Shown: positions 41,641-53,106 of the stretch, one piece after another
How the letters are laid out: every line of letters starts with the position of its first letter
Position numbering within the stretch: the stretch's first letter is position 1
NCBI RefSeq assembly: GCF_009914755.1
Contig: NC_060933.1
Origin: the human T2T-CHM13v2.0 reference genome, Homo sapiens
DNA length: 64,000 bases
Strand: one strand, 5' to 3'
The notes under the pieces: model-generated
Database searches by the model: none
What the model was told of the DNA's origin: nothing
Seen by the model: the letters and a program-made list of their open reading frames with translations, nothing else
Made by a program: the position numbers and the translations under genes

Positions 41641-41673
41641 CCGCCACCGCCACCGCCACCGCCACCGCCACCA
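41641..41673. repeat. (CCGCCA)5 hexanucleotide STR
   Basis: Five perfect units at 41641-41670 plus CCA. Confidence 0.95.
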
Positions 41674-44600
41674 TCTACCGCCTGAGCCTGCAAAAGCCCA
41701 GGAGGCTGAATCACAGCCACGCCTACCGCATGGCGTGTCGGGGGTGCTGCCCAGCCCTGCATCAGGAAGGAGGGAGCATGGATCCAGAGGACAACCACTG
41801 CCTCTTTGGTCCACCAATGCTTTCTTTCGACACCTGCCAGGACGAGGACCCATTCCCATTTCCTGGAGCACTTGTGGCCTGCAATCATTTAGGGAATTAA
41901 CTCCCCAAAGGGTCAACACTGCTGGTCAAGAACCAACTGAACCTTTTCCAGCTAGTGTGAGCAGAAAGGGATTGATTAGAGGACTCTGGATGGCTTAAAT
42001 TATTTCTGGGACAGGGTGGGATGTCTCATGGGAACAAGGAGCTGGAGTGTCCCGTGTAGCCGGGAGATGCCAGCCTCCCACAGGACAGCCCCAGCACCTG
42101 CTGCCTCCACTGCGGCCAGGGGGACCCCAAGTCAGGTTCCCCGTGCGTGCCACTGTGGCAAACCGCTCCCTTTCATACCCAAGACTGTCGCGGGGACAGC
42201 TGACAACCAGGTCTCATGCCTACACCTCAGCTCTGAGGGAAGCTTCGTAATTATCATGATAGTATTTCACCTCAGAAGGCAGAATTCATGGTTGGGGGAA
42301 GCACCAGGGTGGCTGAGAGGATGCCCAGGGGGCGCGGCCGTGAGTGACAGCTGTCCACTTCCACGGATCCCACCCAGACCACCGCCTGTCTGTTGGGCTC
42401 AGCTGGTGCCCAGGGCCCAGGCGTGGAGGGAGCAGTCTGCACACAGCTGTCCTCATCCTGGTGTCTGCTGCCCCGTACTTCAACAGCAGACCCAAGGGTG
42501 CAGTGCCGGTGGGACCCAGCCAGCGGGGCGGACAATGGGGCAAGGAACTACCTGAAAGGGAAAAACCGTTCTCAACCCCTGGACAGCGTCATCTCTCCGG
42601 AACCCCTCTGCAGGGCTGGGCCACTGTCTTGGCTTCCAGACAATTAGAGAGTTAATCTTTTAGCAAAGGAGGCCCTGCCTGCTGGCCTGGACATCAGGAT
42701 GAGACAGGAGGGCCAGCCTGTCCAGCTCGGGACAGCAGGAATGCAGAGCACCCCCATGGCCCAACATGTCTCGGCCATCCATCTTCCTGCGGACCATGGC
42801 CACACCCCACACTGCAGGGGCCCAGGAAGGCTCCAGAGAATGCCCCACCTGCCCACAGAGCACAGGCCCACCCCTCCACTTGCCCCTCGAGTTATGGGGG
42901 GCTGAGGTCGCCGCAGCTTCCCCTTCCTCCCTGCACACAGGGTTCCACGGTAGCCCCAGCCCCTTTGCTCTGGCACCTTTTGGAGCCTCGGGCGGTGCCA
43001 GCAGACTCACTCTCAGGTTCCTCCGTGGAGCCGGTCACCCTGGCCACAGTCCTCTCTGTGCTCACAGGTGCTGGGATGCACTCTCCCGGGGTGGGAGGTG
43101 CAGCCCCAGGGCCGCCTGCCTACTCGGCCAGGCTAGAGCAGAAAGGGATTCATCAGAGGCCTCTGATCAATCCCTCTCGTCACCCTGCAGCACACTGCGT
43201 GCTCCCAAGTGAGGCCCTGTCTCCTTGGACCTGGAAACAAAGAGGTGGGTGTGGAGAACCTGCTGAGGAGCGACTCCAGGAAATATGAGCAAGGTGGGGG
43301 GTGAGGCCCAAAGGGCCAGCGTCAGTAAAGCGTAAGGAACCAGGCCAGTTACCACCTCAGACCAGTTCCCCGGGACCCTCCCAGGCCTCTGTGAACTTTG
43401 CATGTAAATTGTCCCTCAGAGGGCAACGCGGCTGGGCACTTGTCAGCAGAGCCTGGGGCCCCTGAGCAGAGACGCTTCAGCAGGGGAAGAAGTGCCCACT
43501 GCACTGGGGGTGCCCTGGGGGTGGCCAAGGGCGCTAGCTCCACCTGCTGCCCATCCCCACCCCATGCCTCGTCTGGAAGCCACTACACGCCTTCACCGTA
43601 GCCTCCTGTGGCTCACACTTCCCACCTGCCCCCGCACACCCCAGCCTGTCTCCTCCCACCTCCAGTGGGACGCCTCTGCCGGGAGCAGGAACAGCAGCGT
43701 TTACCAGGACCAAGTCCACACCCCTGTCCATGTCCTCCCTGGCCTCTTGCAGTGCCCGCCATGGTCCACCCTCCATCCGTCTCTTTGCTCTTCGGACCCC
43801 ACACTCACATGCCCCTCTCTCTACATTGGCCACCGTGTCTGTAGCCCCTGCATCCCCCCCTCCCGCTGCCCCCTCTTCCCATCCTCCATTGCAGAGGCCC
43901 CTGGGTCCTGGGCCTTTCTCTGCCCCCTCCACATGCTCCCCCCAGGGCAAGATCCGGCCCTCAGCTTGAAACAGCCTCTCTATGCACTGACTCCTCCGCT
44001 GGACTCCAGGTGTGTGGTGTCCGGATCCTACTGGAAGATTCCACCTGGATTCATGCATCTGCATGAATTCCGTGTGGCCAAAACAGATCTCCTGACCCCT
44101 CCCGGCTCCTCGCTGCCCCCCTGCTCCCCACCTGGGTAGGAGGCTCTGCCCTCCACCTAGCGACACAACTCAACATTAGGCCTTGCCCTTCAATCTTCCC
44201 CTCCCCGACCCAGCCCCGGCACAGCCGTCCGAAGTCCTGCTCCGTCCCCTCCTGCCCTCTGCCTCCTCTCCACCTGGGCGCAGCCCCCGCCTCTGGCCTG
44301 CCCAGGCCTCCCTGGGGTCCTCTCTGTCCCTGCAGGGCTGGGTGGCCCCTTGGAGTGTTTGCGCTCAGGACCCTCTGTGCCCAGGGCGCGCCTCCCCGGC
44401 TTTAACTGTCTCCTTGACATTCACGATGCTGCGCAAATGGCTCCTCCTTGGAGACTCCTGCCCTGACAATGCAGCCCTGTGCGCTCAGCCTCATGTTGGC
44501 AGAGTTCTCTGCGTGGCAGTGATTCAAGTTGAGTTTTCCCATTTGCGTGTTAATTATCAGCTCCCCTCGCCCTGCACGCTTGCTAGAACATGAGTTTTGT

Positions 44601-45845
44601 GTGAGTGGGGACCTCGGACATCCCATTCTCGGAGGGACCCCTACGCCCCAGCCCAGCCTGGCACGCGCAGGTGGTCCACGCAGAGTTGGCAAGTGACATT
44701 GGTGACAAAGATGGGGTCTAAATCCTCTTTGTAAAAGTGTCTTCCCTCCCCCATGCCAAGGCCAGTGTCATTCTGTCTCACTTATAAGCTGGCTCCCTCC
44801 CCTCCCTTCCTCTCCCTTTCTCCCTCTCTATCTCTGTCTCTGTGTCTCTTTATGTCTCTCTCCACCCCCCACCAACCACTGGCAGCTCGTCCACCCTCTG
44901 ACGGAAGGCGGGGCTGGAGGTTTCCTGGCTCCTGGGCCAGGGCGCCTCCACCGTATGGGTTCTCAGAGCCCCACACAGGGGTGGGTACATTGTGTTGCCC
45001 TGATGCCCAGCCAGGGACCCCAAGGACTCTGTGCGGGAATGGGGGGACCCCACTGGGAGCCTCCCTGAAGGGAAGGGCCTTTGTCCCCTGGTCCACCCTG
45101 GTCCTCCAGCGGCCCTGACAGTCAAGTGCTGCAGCAGCCCTTAGTGCTACGTGGTGCCCCACAGCATAGGGAGGGCAGGCAGCGAGCAGAGGCTGTTCTC
45201 CCGGCAGCCAAGGACTCCCTCCAGCTAGTTGCAACCCAGTGATGTGCACAAAGGCTTGGTGCCCTTCCTGAGCGGCCCTAGGCCCTGGGGAGAGCTGGCT
45301 GCAGGACAGGTAGTGTGAGGCTTCAGTCTGGGAGGCACGAATCTGACACGGGACCACTCTGCTGCCAGCCTCCCTGGGTGCAGGCAAGGAACATGGCAGG
45401 GGCACAGCTGGCCACCCTGGGAGAAGCAGGAGGGATTTGGGAGCCCCGTCCTGACCAGGGTAGAGCTGGACAAGCTGCAGCCCTGGCTTCCCTGGGTCCA
45501 GCGTGGCCCCTCCCTGGCTGTATCTCCATGGCCTCAGGAGCCTTGAAAACTCCCAGGGACAACTTCCATCAGAGGCCCTCAGAGTACCTCCCAGGGGATG
45601 GGCCAGGCCAGGCATCAGAATTCTTTTAAAATTCCTCATTTGGCTTAAATAAGCAGCAATGTGTTCAGCCCCATTTAATCCTGGCTTCTGCACTTCCACC
45701 CGGGCCCCAGCAGCCACCCCCTCCACCAGCACACACAGCCTATTCTCCTGGTCCTCCAGCCACGTGATTCCGGGGCCTGTGACCTCTCTGGCTGCCAAAG
45801 TAGACAGTGCCTCTGACAGCTTGAACCAAACGGAAGTCTAATTAA

Positions 45846-46155
<310 letters not shown>

Positions 46156-46332
46156 CAGAAGTATTTCTTGGGCACCTATAGGGCCAAGCTCTGAAGTGGA
46201 AAAAGGAAGAAGCAAGTAGTTTGGGGCCAGAAAGACCGGTGTTGGGATCTCGCTCCCCTGCCCCACCTCCACCAGCTGCTCTGCCTACAATTTCTCATCT
46301 GCAAAATGGTTGGAGAAAGGCCTTGCGTCCGA

Positions 46333-47396
46333 GGGCGACGGCGGTGGTGCCGACCGCATGGGGCGACGGCGGTGATGCCGACCGTATGGGGTGACCGAGG
46401 TGATGCCAACTGTATGGGGTGACTTCGGTGATGCCGACTGCATGGGGTGACTGAGGTGATGCCGACTGCATGGGGTGACCGAGGTGATGCCCACTCTATG
46501 GGGCGACAGCGGTGGTGCTGACTGCATAGGGTGATGGTGGTGATGCCCACTGTATGGGGTGACGGTGGTGATGCCGACTGCATGGGGTGATGGCAGTGAT
46601 GCCAACTGCGTGGGGTGACCGAGGTGATGCTGACTGTATGGGGTGACGGCGGTGATGCCGACCGTATGGGGTGATGGCGGTGATGCCCACTGTATGGGGT
46701 GACGGTGGTGATGCCGACCGCATGGGGTGACGGCGGTGATGCCGACCGTATGGGGTGACGGCGGTGATGCCGACCGTATGGGGTGATGGCGGTGATGCCC
46801 ACTGTATGGGGTGACGGTGGTGATGCCGACCGTATGGGGTGACTTCGGTGATGCCGACTGCATGGGGTGACCAAGGTGATGCCGACTGCATGGGGTGACC
46901 AAGGTGATGCCGACTGCATGGGGTGACGGCGGTGATGCCAACTGTATGGGGTGACGGTGGTGATGCCGACCGCATGGGGTGACGGCGGTGATGCCGACCG
47001 TATGGGGTGACGGCGGTGATGCCGACCGTATGGGGTGATGGCGGTGATGCCCACTGTATGGGGTGACGGTGGTGATGCCGACCGTATGGGGTGACTTCGG
47101 TGATGCCGACTGCATGGGGTGACCAAGGTGATGCCGACTGCATGGGGTGACCAAGGTGATGCCGACTGCATGGGGCGACGGCGGTGATGCCGACCATATG
47201 GGGTGACGGTGGTGATGCCGACCGTATGGGGTGACGGTGGTGATGCTGACCGTATGGGGCGACGGTGGTGATGCTGACCGTATGGGGTGACGGTGGTGAT
47301 GCCGACCGTATGGGGTGACGGTGGTGATGCCAACTGTATGGGGTGACTTCGGTGATGCTGTCTGCATGGGGTGACAGCGGTGATGCCGACTGTATG
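46333..47396. repeat. CpG-rich minisatellite, 28-bp unit x38
   Basis: Consensus GGGGTGACGGYGGTGATGCCGACYGYAT; 1064 bp = 38 x 28. Confidence 0.98.
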
Positions 47397-47804
47397 TGGG
47401 ACACTCGGACACTCCTCCCCAGGAGCTGCGGGGCAGGTGCTCATGATGTTGTCACCTCTGCCTGGAGGTGTGCACAGGCCACGTGGAGCTGAAATGGGCC
47501 TCTGTGTGCTGCTCAGCATGAACAGGGATGGAAGAAGTGCTCAGCCAGCCCACGCTACCTCTCCCAGCCTCAGATTCCCCCCCCCCCCCGTAAAAGGGCC
47601 TCCAGTGCCTGCCTTACCTTCCCCAGGAGAGGCTGGGTGGGGTGTGTTTGAGTCCAGACATAAAGCAACCATTCTTGAAGCCTCTCCTTATGGGTTCTGT
47701 GGGATTAAATGATCAAATACAGAAGGAAAGATAGAAAACCTGTGTTTCCAAATTTCTAGCTCGTTGGTTCTTGGAATAATAACAAGTCCTTATCTCCACA
47801 GTAC

Positions 47805-48117
47805 TTTTTTTTCTTTTTTCTTTTTTCTTTTTTTTTTTTGAGACAGAGTCTCCCTCTGTTGCCAAGCTGGAGTGCAGTGGCGTGATCTTGGCTCAACCTC
47901 TGCCTCTGCCTCCCGGGTTCAAGCGATTCTCCTGCCTCAGCCTCCCGAATAGCTGGGACTACAGGTGCGTGCCACCACACCCAGCTAAATTTTGTATTTT
48001 TAGTAGAGATGGGCTTCACCATGTTGGCCAGGACAGTCTTGATCTCTTGACCTCATGATCCCCCTGCCTTGGCCTCCCAAAGTGCTGGGATTGCAGGCGT
48101 GAGCCACCGCACCCAGC
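47805..48117 (-). mobile_element. AluSc-like
   Basis: Reverse-complement Alu with GATCTCTTGACCTCATGATC diagnostic. Confidence 0.93.
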
Positions 48118-48261
48118 CCTACATAGTACTATTACAAAGCATCAAACTCTTCCTGACACTGCCACCATGGGCTCTGTGAAAGCTCCCTGAGTTGGTCAGG
48201 GTGAGTCATGTCACCATGTCACGGCAGAGGAAACTGAGGCTTGGAGAGAGGAGGGAAGAAC

Positions 48262-48960
48262 AAGTACACACGCCTATCAAAGCTCCCAAAATAAGCATCG
48301 CTACAGCTCCAAACGCTTCGAGGAGGCAAAGAAAGTGGGGCACGCCGCCGTTGCTGGTGGGTGTGGACGGGAACCCGGCCGCTCTGGAAAACAGCTTGGC
48401 AGTTCGTATAAAAACTGACCCTGCAGCTGCAATATGACCCAGCATTGTACCCCGGAACATTTATCCCAGTGAAATGAAAACGTATGTTCACACAGAAGCC
48501 ACGCACACGTGTTGGTGCAGAATCCTGCTTGGCGATGGAAAGGAGCCAGCCGTTGACACAGGCAACACTTGGACGCATCTCCAGAGAGTCAGGCTGGATG
48601 AGGGAGGGCTCGTCCCCAAAGGCTGTACCCTGGACGAGCCCATTTATAGAACACTTTTGACATGACAAAATTGCAGAGATGGCGCACCAATTGGTGGGGG
48701 CCAGGGGCCAAGGAGGGGCAAGGCAGGGGGAGGCGGGTGTGGGTATGGAAGGGCAGCAGGGGGTCCTCAGGGCATGGGTGTCTCTGTGTTCACTATGTCA
48801 GTGCCAACAGCTGGTCCTGATGCCGTCCCGGGCTTCCGCAAGACGCTACCCCTGGGCGGAAACGGAGTAAAGGCTGCAAGTGGCCTCTCTGTACTATTCC
48901 TTCAAACTGCATGTGAATCGACAACTACCTCAAAGTAAAAAGGTTAATTAAAATAAGAAA
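48262..48960 (+). mobile_element. L1MC (L1MC1-3-like) 3' fragment
   Basis: CTCTGGAAAACAGCTTGGCAGTT, ATTTATCCCAGTGAAATGAAAACGTATGTTCACAC, terminal AACTGCATGTGAATCGACAACTACCTCAAAGTAAAAAGGTTAATTAAAA. Confidence 0.85.
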
Positions 48961-49114
48961 GGGAACAGGGACGGAGGATTGGGAACCAGGATGGGAGGCA
49001 AAGCTGTCCCAGCAGACCGAGGACTGGGAACCAGGACAGGAGGTACAGCCGCTCCAGCAGCCCCTTTCCACACGTGCACTGGGCAACTTTATTTTCTCAG
49101 CGGTGGTGGGAGCA

Positions 49115-50252
49115 TGTATGTCTTTGTGTGTGTGCATGTGAGCGTGTGTGTGTGCCTGTGCCTCTATCTATATCTCTGTGTGCCAATGTGTGTCTGTGCG
49201 TCTGATTCTCTGTATCTCTGTATGTCTGTGTGTATCTCTGCATGTATATGTGTGTGTGTCTGTGTCCCTCTGCATGTGTGCCTCTGTGTATATGTGTGCA
49301 TGTGTGTGCCTGTGTGTCTGTGTGTGTCTCTGTGTGTGTGTGTGTGCCTGTGTGTCTGTGTATTTCTCTTTGTGTCTCTGTCTGTGTCTGTGTGTGTCTC
49401 TATGTGTCTGTCTCTGTTTCTGTGTCCGTGTGTTCATGTGTATGTGTGTCTCTGTATGTGCATCTGTATCTGTGTGTCTGTGTATGTGTGTGTATCTCTG
49501 TGTGTCTGTGCATGTCTCTGTGTGTGTGTCTGTCTCTGTGTGTGTCTGTGTCTATATGTGTGTGTGTCTGTCTCTGTGTGTGTCTGTGTCTATATGTGTG
49601 TGTGTCTGTCTCTGTGTGTGTCTGTGTCTATATGTGTGTGTGTCTGTCTCTGTGTGTGTCTGTGTCTATATGTGTGTGTGTCTGTCTCTGTACATCTGTG
49701 TCTCTGTGTCTGTGTCTGTGTGTCTCTGTGTGTCTGCCTGTGTGCATGTGTCTGTGTGTGTTTGTGTGTCTGTGCTTCTCCATGTGTGTCTGCTTGTGTC
49801 TGTGTGTCTGCATATTTCTGTGTGTCTGTGTGTCTCTGTGTTTCTCTATGCGTCTGTGTGTTTGTGTTTCTCTGTGTGTGTGTGTGTATGTCTGTGTGCC
49901 TCTCTGCATTTCTGTGTGTGTGTGCATGTCTGTGTGCCTCTCTGCATGTCTGTGTGTCTGTGTGTCTGTGTGCCTCTCTGCATGTCTGTGTATGTGTGTA
50001 TGTCTGTGTGCCTCTCTGCATGTCTGTGTATGTGTGTATGTCTGTGTGCCTCTCTGCATGTCTGTGTGTGTGTGTATGTCTGTGTGCCTCTCTGCATGTC
50101 TGTGTGTGTGTGTATGTCTGTGTGCCTCTCTGCATGTCTGTGTGTGTGCATGTGTCTGTGTCTCTGCATGTTTCTCTTCATGTTTCTCTGTGTGTGTCTA
50201 TGTGTGTCTGTGTGTGTCTGCTTGTGTCTGCATCTCTGTGTCTCTGCATGTC
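49115..50252. repeat. Degenerate (TG)n/(TGTC)n tract with internal 38-bp periodic blocks
   Basis: TG-rich; TCTATAT recurs at 49551, 49589, 49627, 49665. Confidence 0.97.
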
Positions 50253-51744
50253 TACCTCTCCAGGTCCCTCTAACATCATGAGCCAGTGGGGCACCCCCTG
50301 GCAACCCCTATATACACGCTGGGCAACCGTAAGTATTTAGGGAGACAGAGGTGCCTCTTCTGCTGAGTCACCCATGGCCTCCAGGCTGAAAGCCAGGCCT
50401 CCTTGGAAAGTGTGGAGGAAATCATTAGTTCAGGCAAAGCCATCAGTGGCACCGTGAGTCATTAGGAGCTGGTGTTTCCTGAACCGAATCCCCCCTTGGA
50501 TGACTTGGCTTTCCTGGACTGCTGGGCCCACAGACCCTTCTTCCTTGGGGACGAACCCAGTGGGGACAGGGAGAGCAGGAGAGAAGCTCAGACAGAGAGC
50601 GGCTGTTGAGGAGCTAGAACGGGACCCAGGAGCCGTGCTGTCCTCACGAATGCTATGAGTGATGGCTGTGTTCCAGCATGCTCCATGCTCCAGGGTCCTG
50701 GCTGCAGGATGATGGAGCGGGGCTGCCTGGGCCCTGCTGCCTGTGACAGAGGCCAGGCTCCCCTCAGGAACCCCCAAACTCCTAGTGAGGCTTCCAGAGG
50801 GCCTGTCCTCACCCGAGAAACATCCCTGCCGGTCACAACAAAGGAGTCACGTCCTGCTCCCTGCCTTCAGAGCACCGGGCTCAGTTGCCAGTGTCGGCAA
50901 CCCCACAGGACGGGGCGTGTGGAACGGAGCTCCATGGAGGCCTGCACACAGCCCCACGCCACAACAGCCTGGGCTTGCAGCTTGTCACGCCCCATAAAGG
51001 GTAGAAAGCAAGTGCACAAGGGTCCGGAGGAAGCGGACGCCCCTGCCCCAGGGAGGCAGAAGGAATCTCAGAGGAGTCCCCACGGGCTGGGCCTGGCTCG
51101 GGGCAGAACGGGGTGTGCAGGGCAGGACGGGTGTGCAGGGAGCAAGAGATTTGACACTCGGGTAGCACAACATGGAGACAGCAGAGACTGAAGATGCTGT
51201 CCGTGAAGACGGGAGCATGCCACCCCAGCCAAGAGCACCTGGGCCACCAGGAAGAAGCAGGCAGGGTCCTCGCCCGGGAACCTCCGTGGGGAGCATGGCC
51301 CTGCCAGCCTGGATTCCTGACTCTGCCCCCCAGAACCCGAAGAGTGCATTTCTGTGGCTTTACCTCACCAGATTCCTGTTAGTTTCTTTCAGCGGCGCAG
51401 GAGATGAACCTCTCAAGCCTGAGCCGACCAAGTGTGTGCTGGGGCAGAACACGGTTTCCTCTCCAGGAGAACCCGCCTTGCTGGGCTGTACTGAGGGTGA
51501 AACCTGAAAACTCAGGCGCAGTCAGCCGCGCTGGCCCTCACTGGGACCCTGTTGCTGCTGTCCACAGTTGGCACTCTCTGGCATTGCATAGGTGGCCTTG
51601 GCAGTGCCCTCCACTTCCTGTGGGTAGCCTACTCTGGTCCTCCCAGAAGCTGAGGCAAAGAGCTCGCCATCCTGGTTTGCTGTCTGGCCAGGGGATGTGT
51701 AGCCCTTCTACTCAGATCCACACAGCCTCAAGGTCCTTCCTCGT

Positions 51745-52143
51745 CCCCTCCCTGCTCCCTCCCCCTGCCCCCTACCCCACCCCTCCCCTCACCCCCTCCC
51801 TTCTCTCTCCCCGTCCCTGCCCTCTCCCCCTCCCTTCTCTCTCCCCCTCCCTGCCCTCTCCCCTCCTTCCCCTCTCCTCCTCCTTCCCCTCTCCCCCTCC
51901 TGCCCTCTCCCCTCTTTCCCTTACCCCTTCCCTGCCCTCTCCCTCTCCCTCCCCCTCCACCCTCCCTCCCCCTCCCCTTCCCTTTCCTCCCCCCCACTCC
52001 CTGCCCTCTCCCCTCCTGCCCTCTCCCCTCTTTCCCTTACCCCCTCCCTGCCCTCTCCCCCTCCCTGCTCTTTCCACCTCCCTCCCCTCACCCCCTCCCT
52101 TCTCTCTCCCCCTCCCTGCCCTCTCTCCCTCCCTGTCCTCTCC
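51745..52143. repeat. C-rich polypyrimidine tract, ~400 bp
   Basis: Almost only C/T, recurring CCCTGCCCTCTCCC. Confidence 0.95.
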
Positions 52144-52338
52144 TGCCACCCCAGATGGATCCTGCACTTCCCCTTGTCCTGTCCTAATGACCTGTCCGAT
52201 GTCCACCAGGACTGCCAGCTCCCCAGGAGGGGCTTCATCTCCCTGTTCTCTGTGGGTCATCAGCCCGAGCTTGGCACAGCACTGCCGCCTGGATGGGCAC
52301 ACGAGGGAGCAGTCCTAGGTCCAGGGAACTGTCCTTGA

Positions 52339-52600
52339 GTGTCTTTATCAGGGGTCCCTCGAGAAACAGAACCAACAGGACATGTGTTCCCACATAGAGA
52401 AGGAGACTCAGGATTAGGAGGGCTCGCGGGATTATGGAGCTCGAGGAGACTCAAGATCTGCAGCCGGCAAGCTGGAGACCAGGAGACCCAATGATGCAGT
52501 TTCAGTCTGATGTCCAAAGGTGGGAAAAGATGGACGCCCCAGCTCCAGCAGGCAGGCAGGAGCAGCTCCCCTTACTCGTCCTGTTTGTTCTCTTTAGGCC
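52339..52600 (-). mobile_element. MLT2 (ERVL) LTR fragment
   Basis: GAGAAACAGAACCAACAGGA..AAGATCTGCAGCCGGCAAGCTGGAGACCAGGAGA..TTCAGTCTGA. Confidence 0.8.
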
Positions 52601-52805
52601 ACAGGGCCCCCTGCCTTCTCTTTGTGTTCTGACCCAAGATCACAGTGCCTTGACCACTCTGCAGGTTTTCCCAGCAAGCTCGAACCCAAACCCAAGCCTT
52701 GAGCATTCCCAGGCACTAGTAAAGGTAGCTAGGTCATTGCCCAAAACACCGAAAGAAACCAGCCCTAGCCCTGAGCCAATTCCTCAAATCTCCCCAGGAC
52801 CACGC

Positions 52806-53106
52806 CTGACCCCTCGCTGTGGACAGGCGTGGGTGCCATGAACGCCGCAGCTGATCCCTCGCTGTGGACAGGCGTGGGTGCCATGAACGCCGCAGCTGAC
52901 CCCTCGCTGTGGACAGGCGTGGGTGCCATGAACGCCGCAGCTGACCCCTCGCTGTGGACAGGCGTGGGTGCCATGAACGTCCCACCCTGACCCCTCGCTG
53001 TGGACAGGCATGGGTGCCATGAACGCCTGACCCCTCACTCTGTGAAAGCTCCCTCATATTAGGGGTCAGGGTGCACCTGACCCCTCGCTGTGGACAGGCA
53101 TGGGTG
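52806..53106. repeat. Minisatellite, 45-bp unit, about 5 copies plus 2 partial
   Basis: CTGACCCCTCGCTGTGGACAGGCGTGGGTGCCATGAACGCCGCAG at 52806, 52851, 52896, 52941, 52987; partials at 53027 and 53077. Confidence 0.97.

Noticed and set aside
44782-45798. 338-aa minus-strand ORF, the longest outside simple repeats
   Set aside because: No recognisable domain; composition typical of GC-rich non-coding DNA. PhyloCSF or BLASTP would settle it
46176-47519. Three overlapping minus-strand ORFs of 302-447 aa resembling a repetitive Ser/Pro/His protein
   Set aside because: The 28-bp unit has no stop on that strand, so all frames are open and cycle through the same peptide; an artefact of the VNTR
48979-50340. 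Cys/Val-rich ORFs up to 453 aa
   Set aside because: Translation of the TG repeat; not metallothionein or keratin-associated protein
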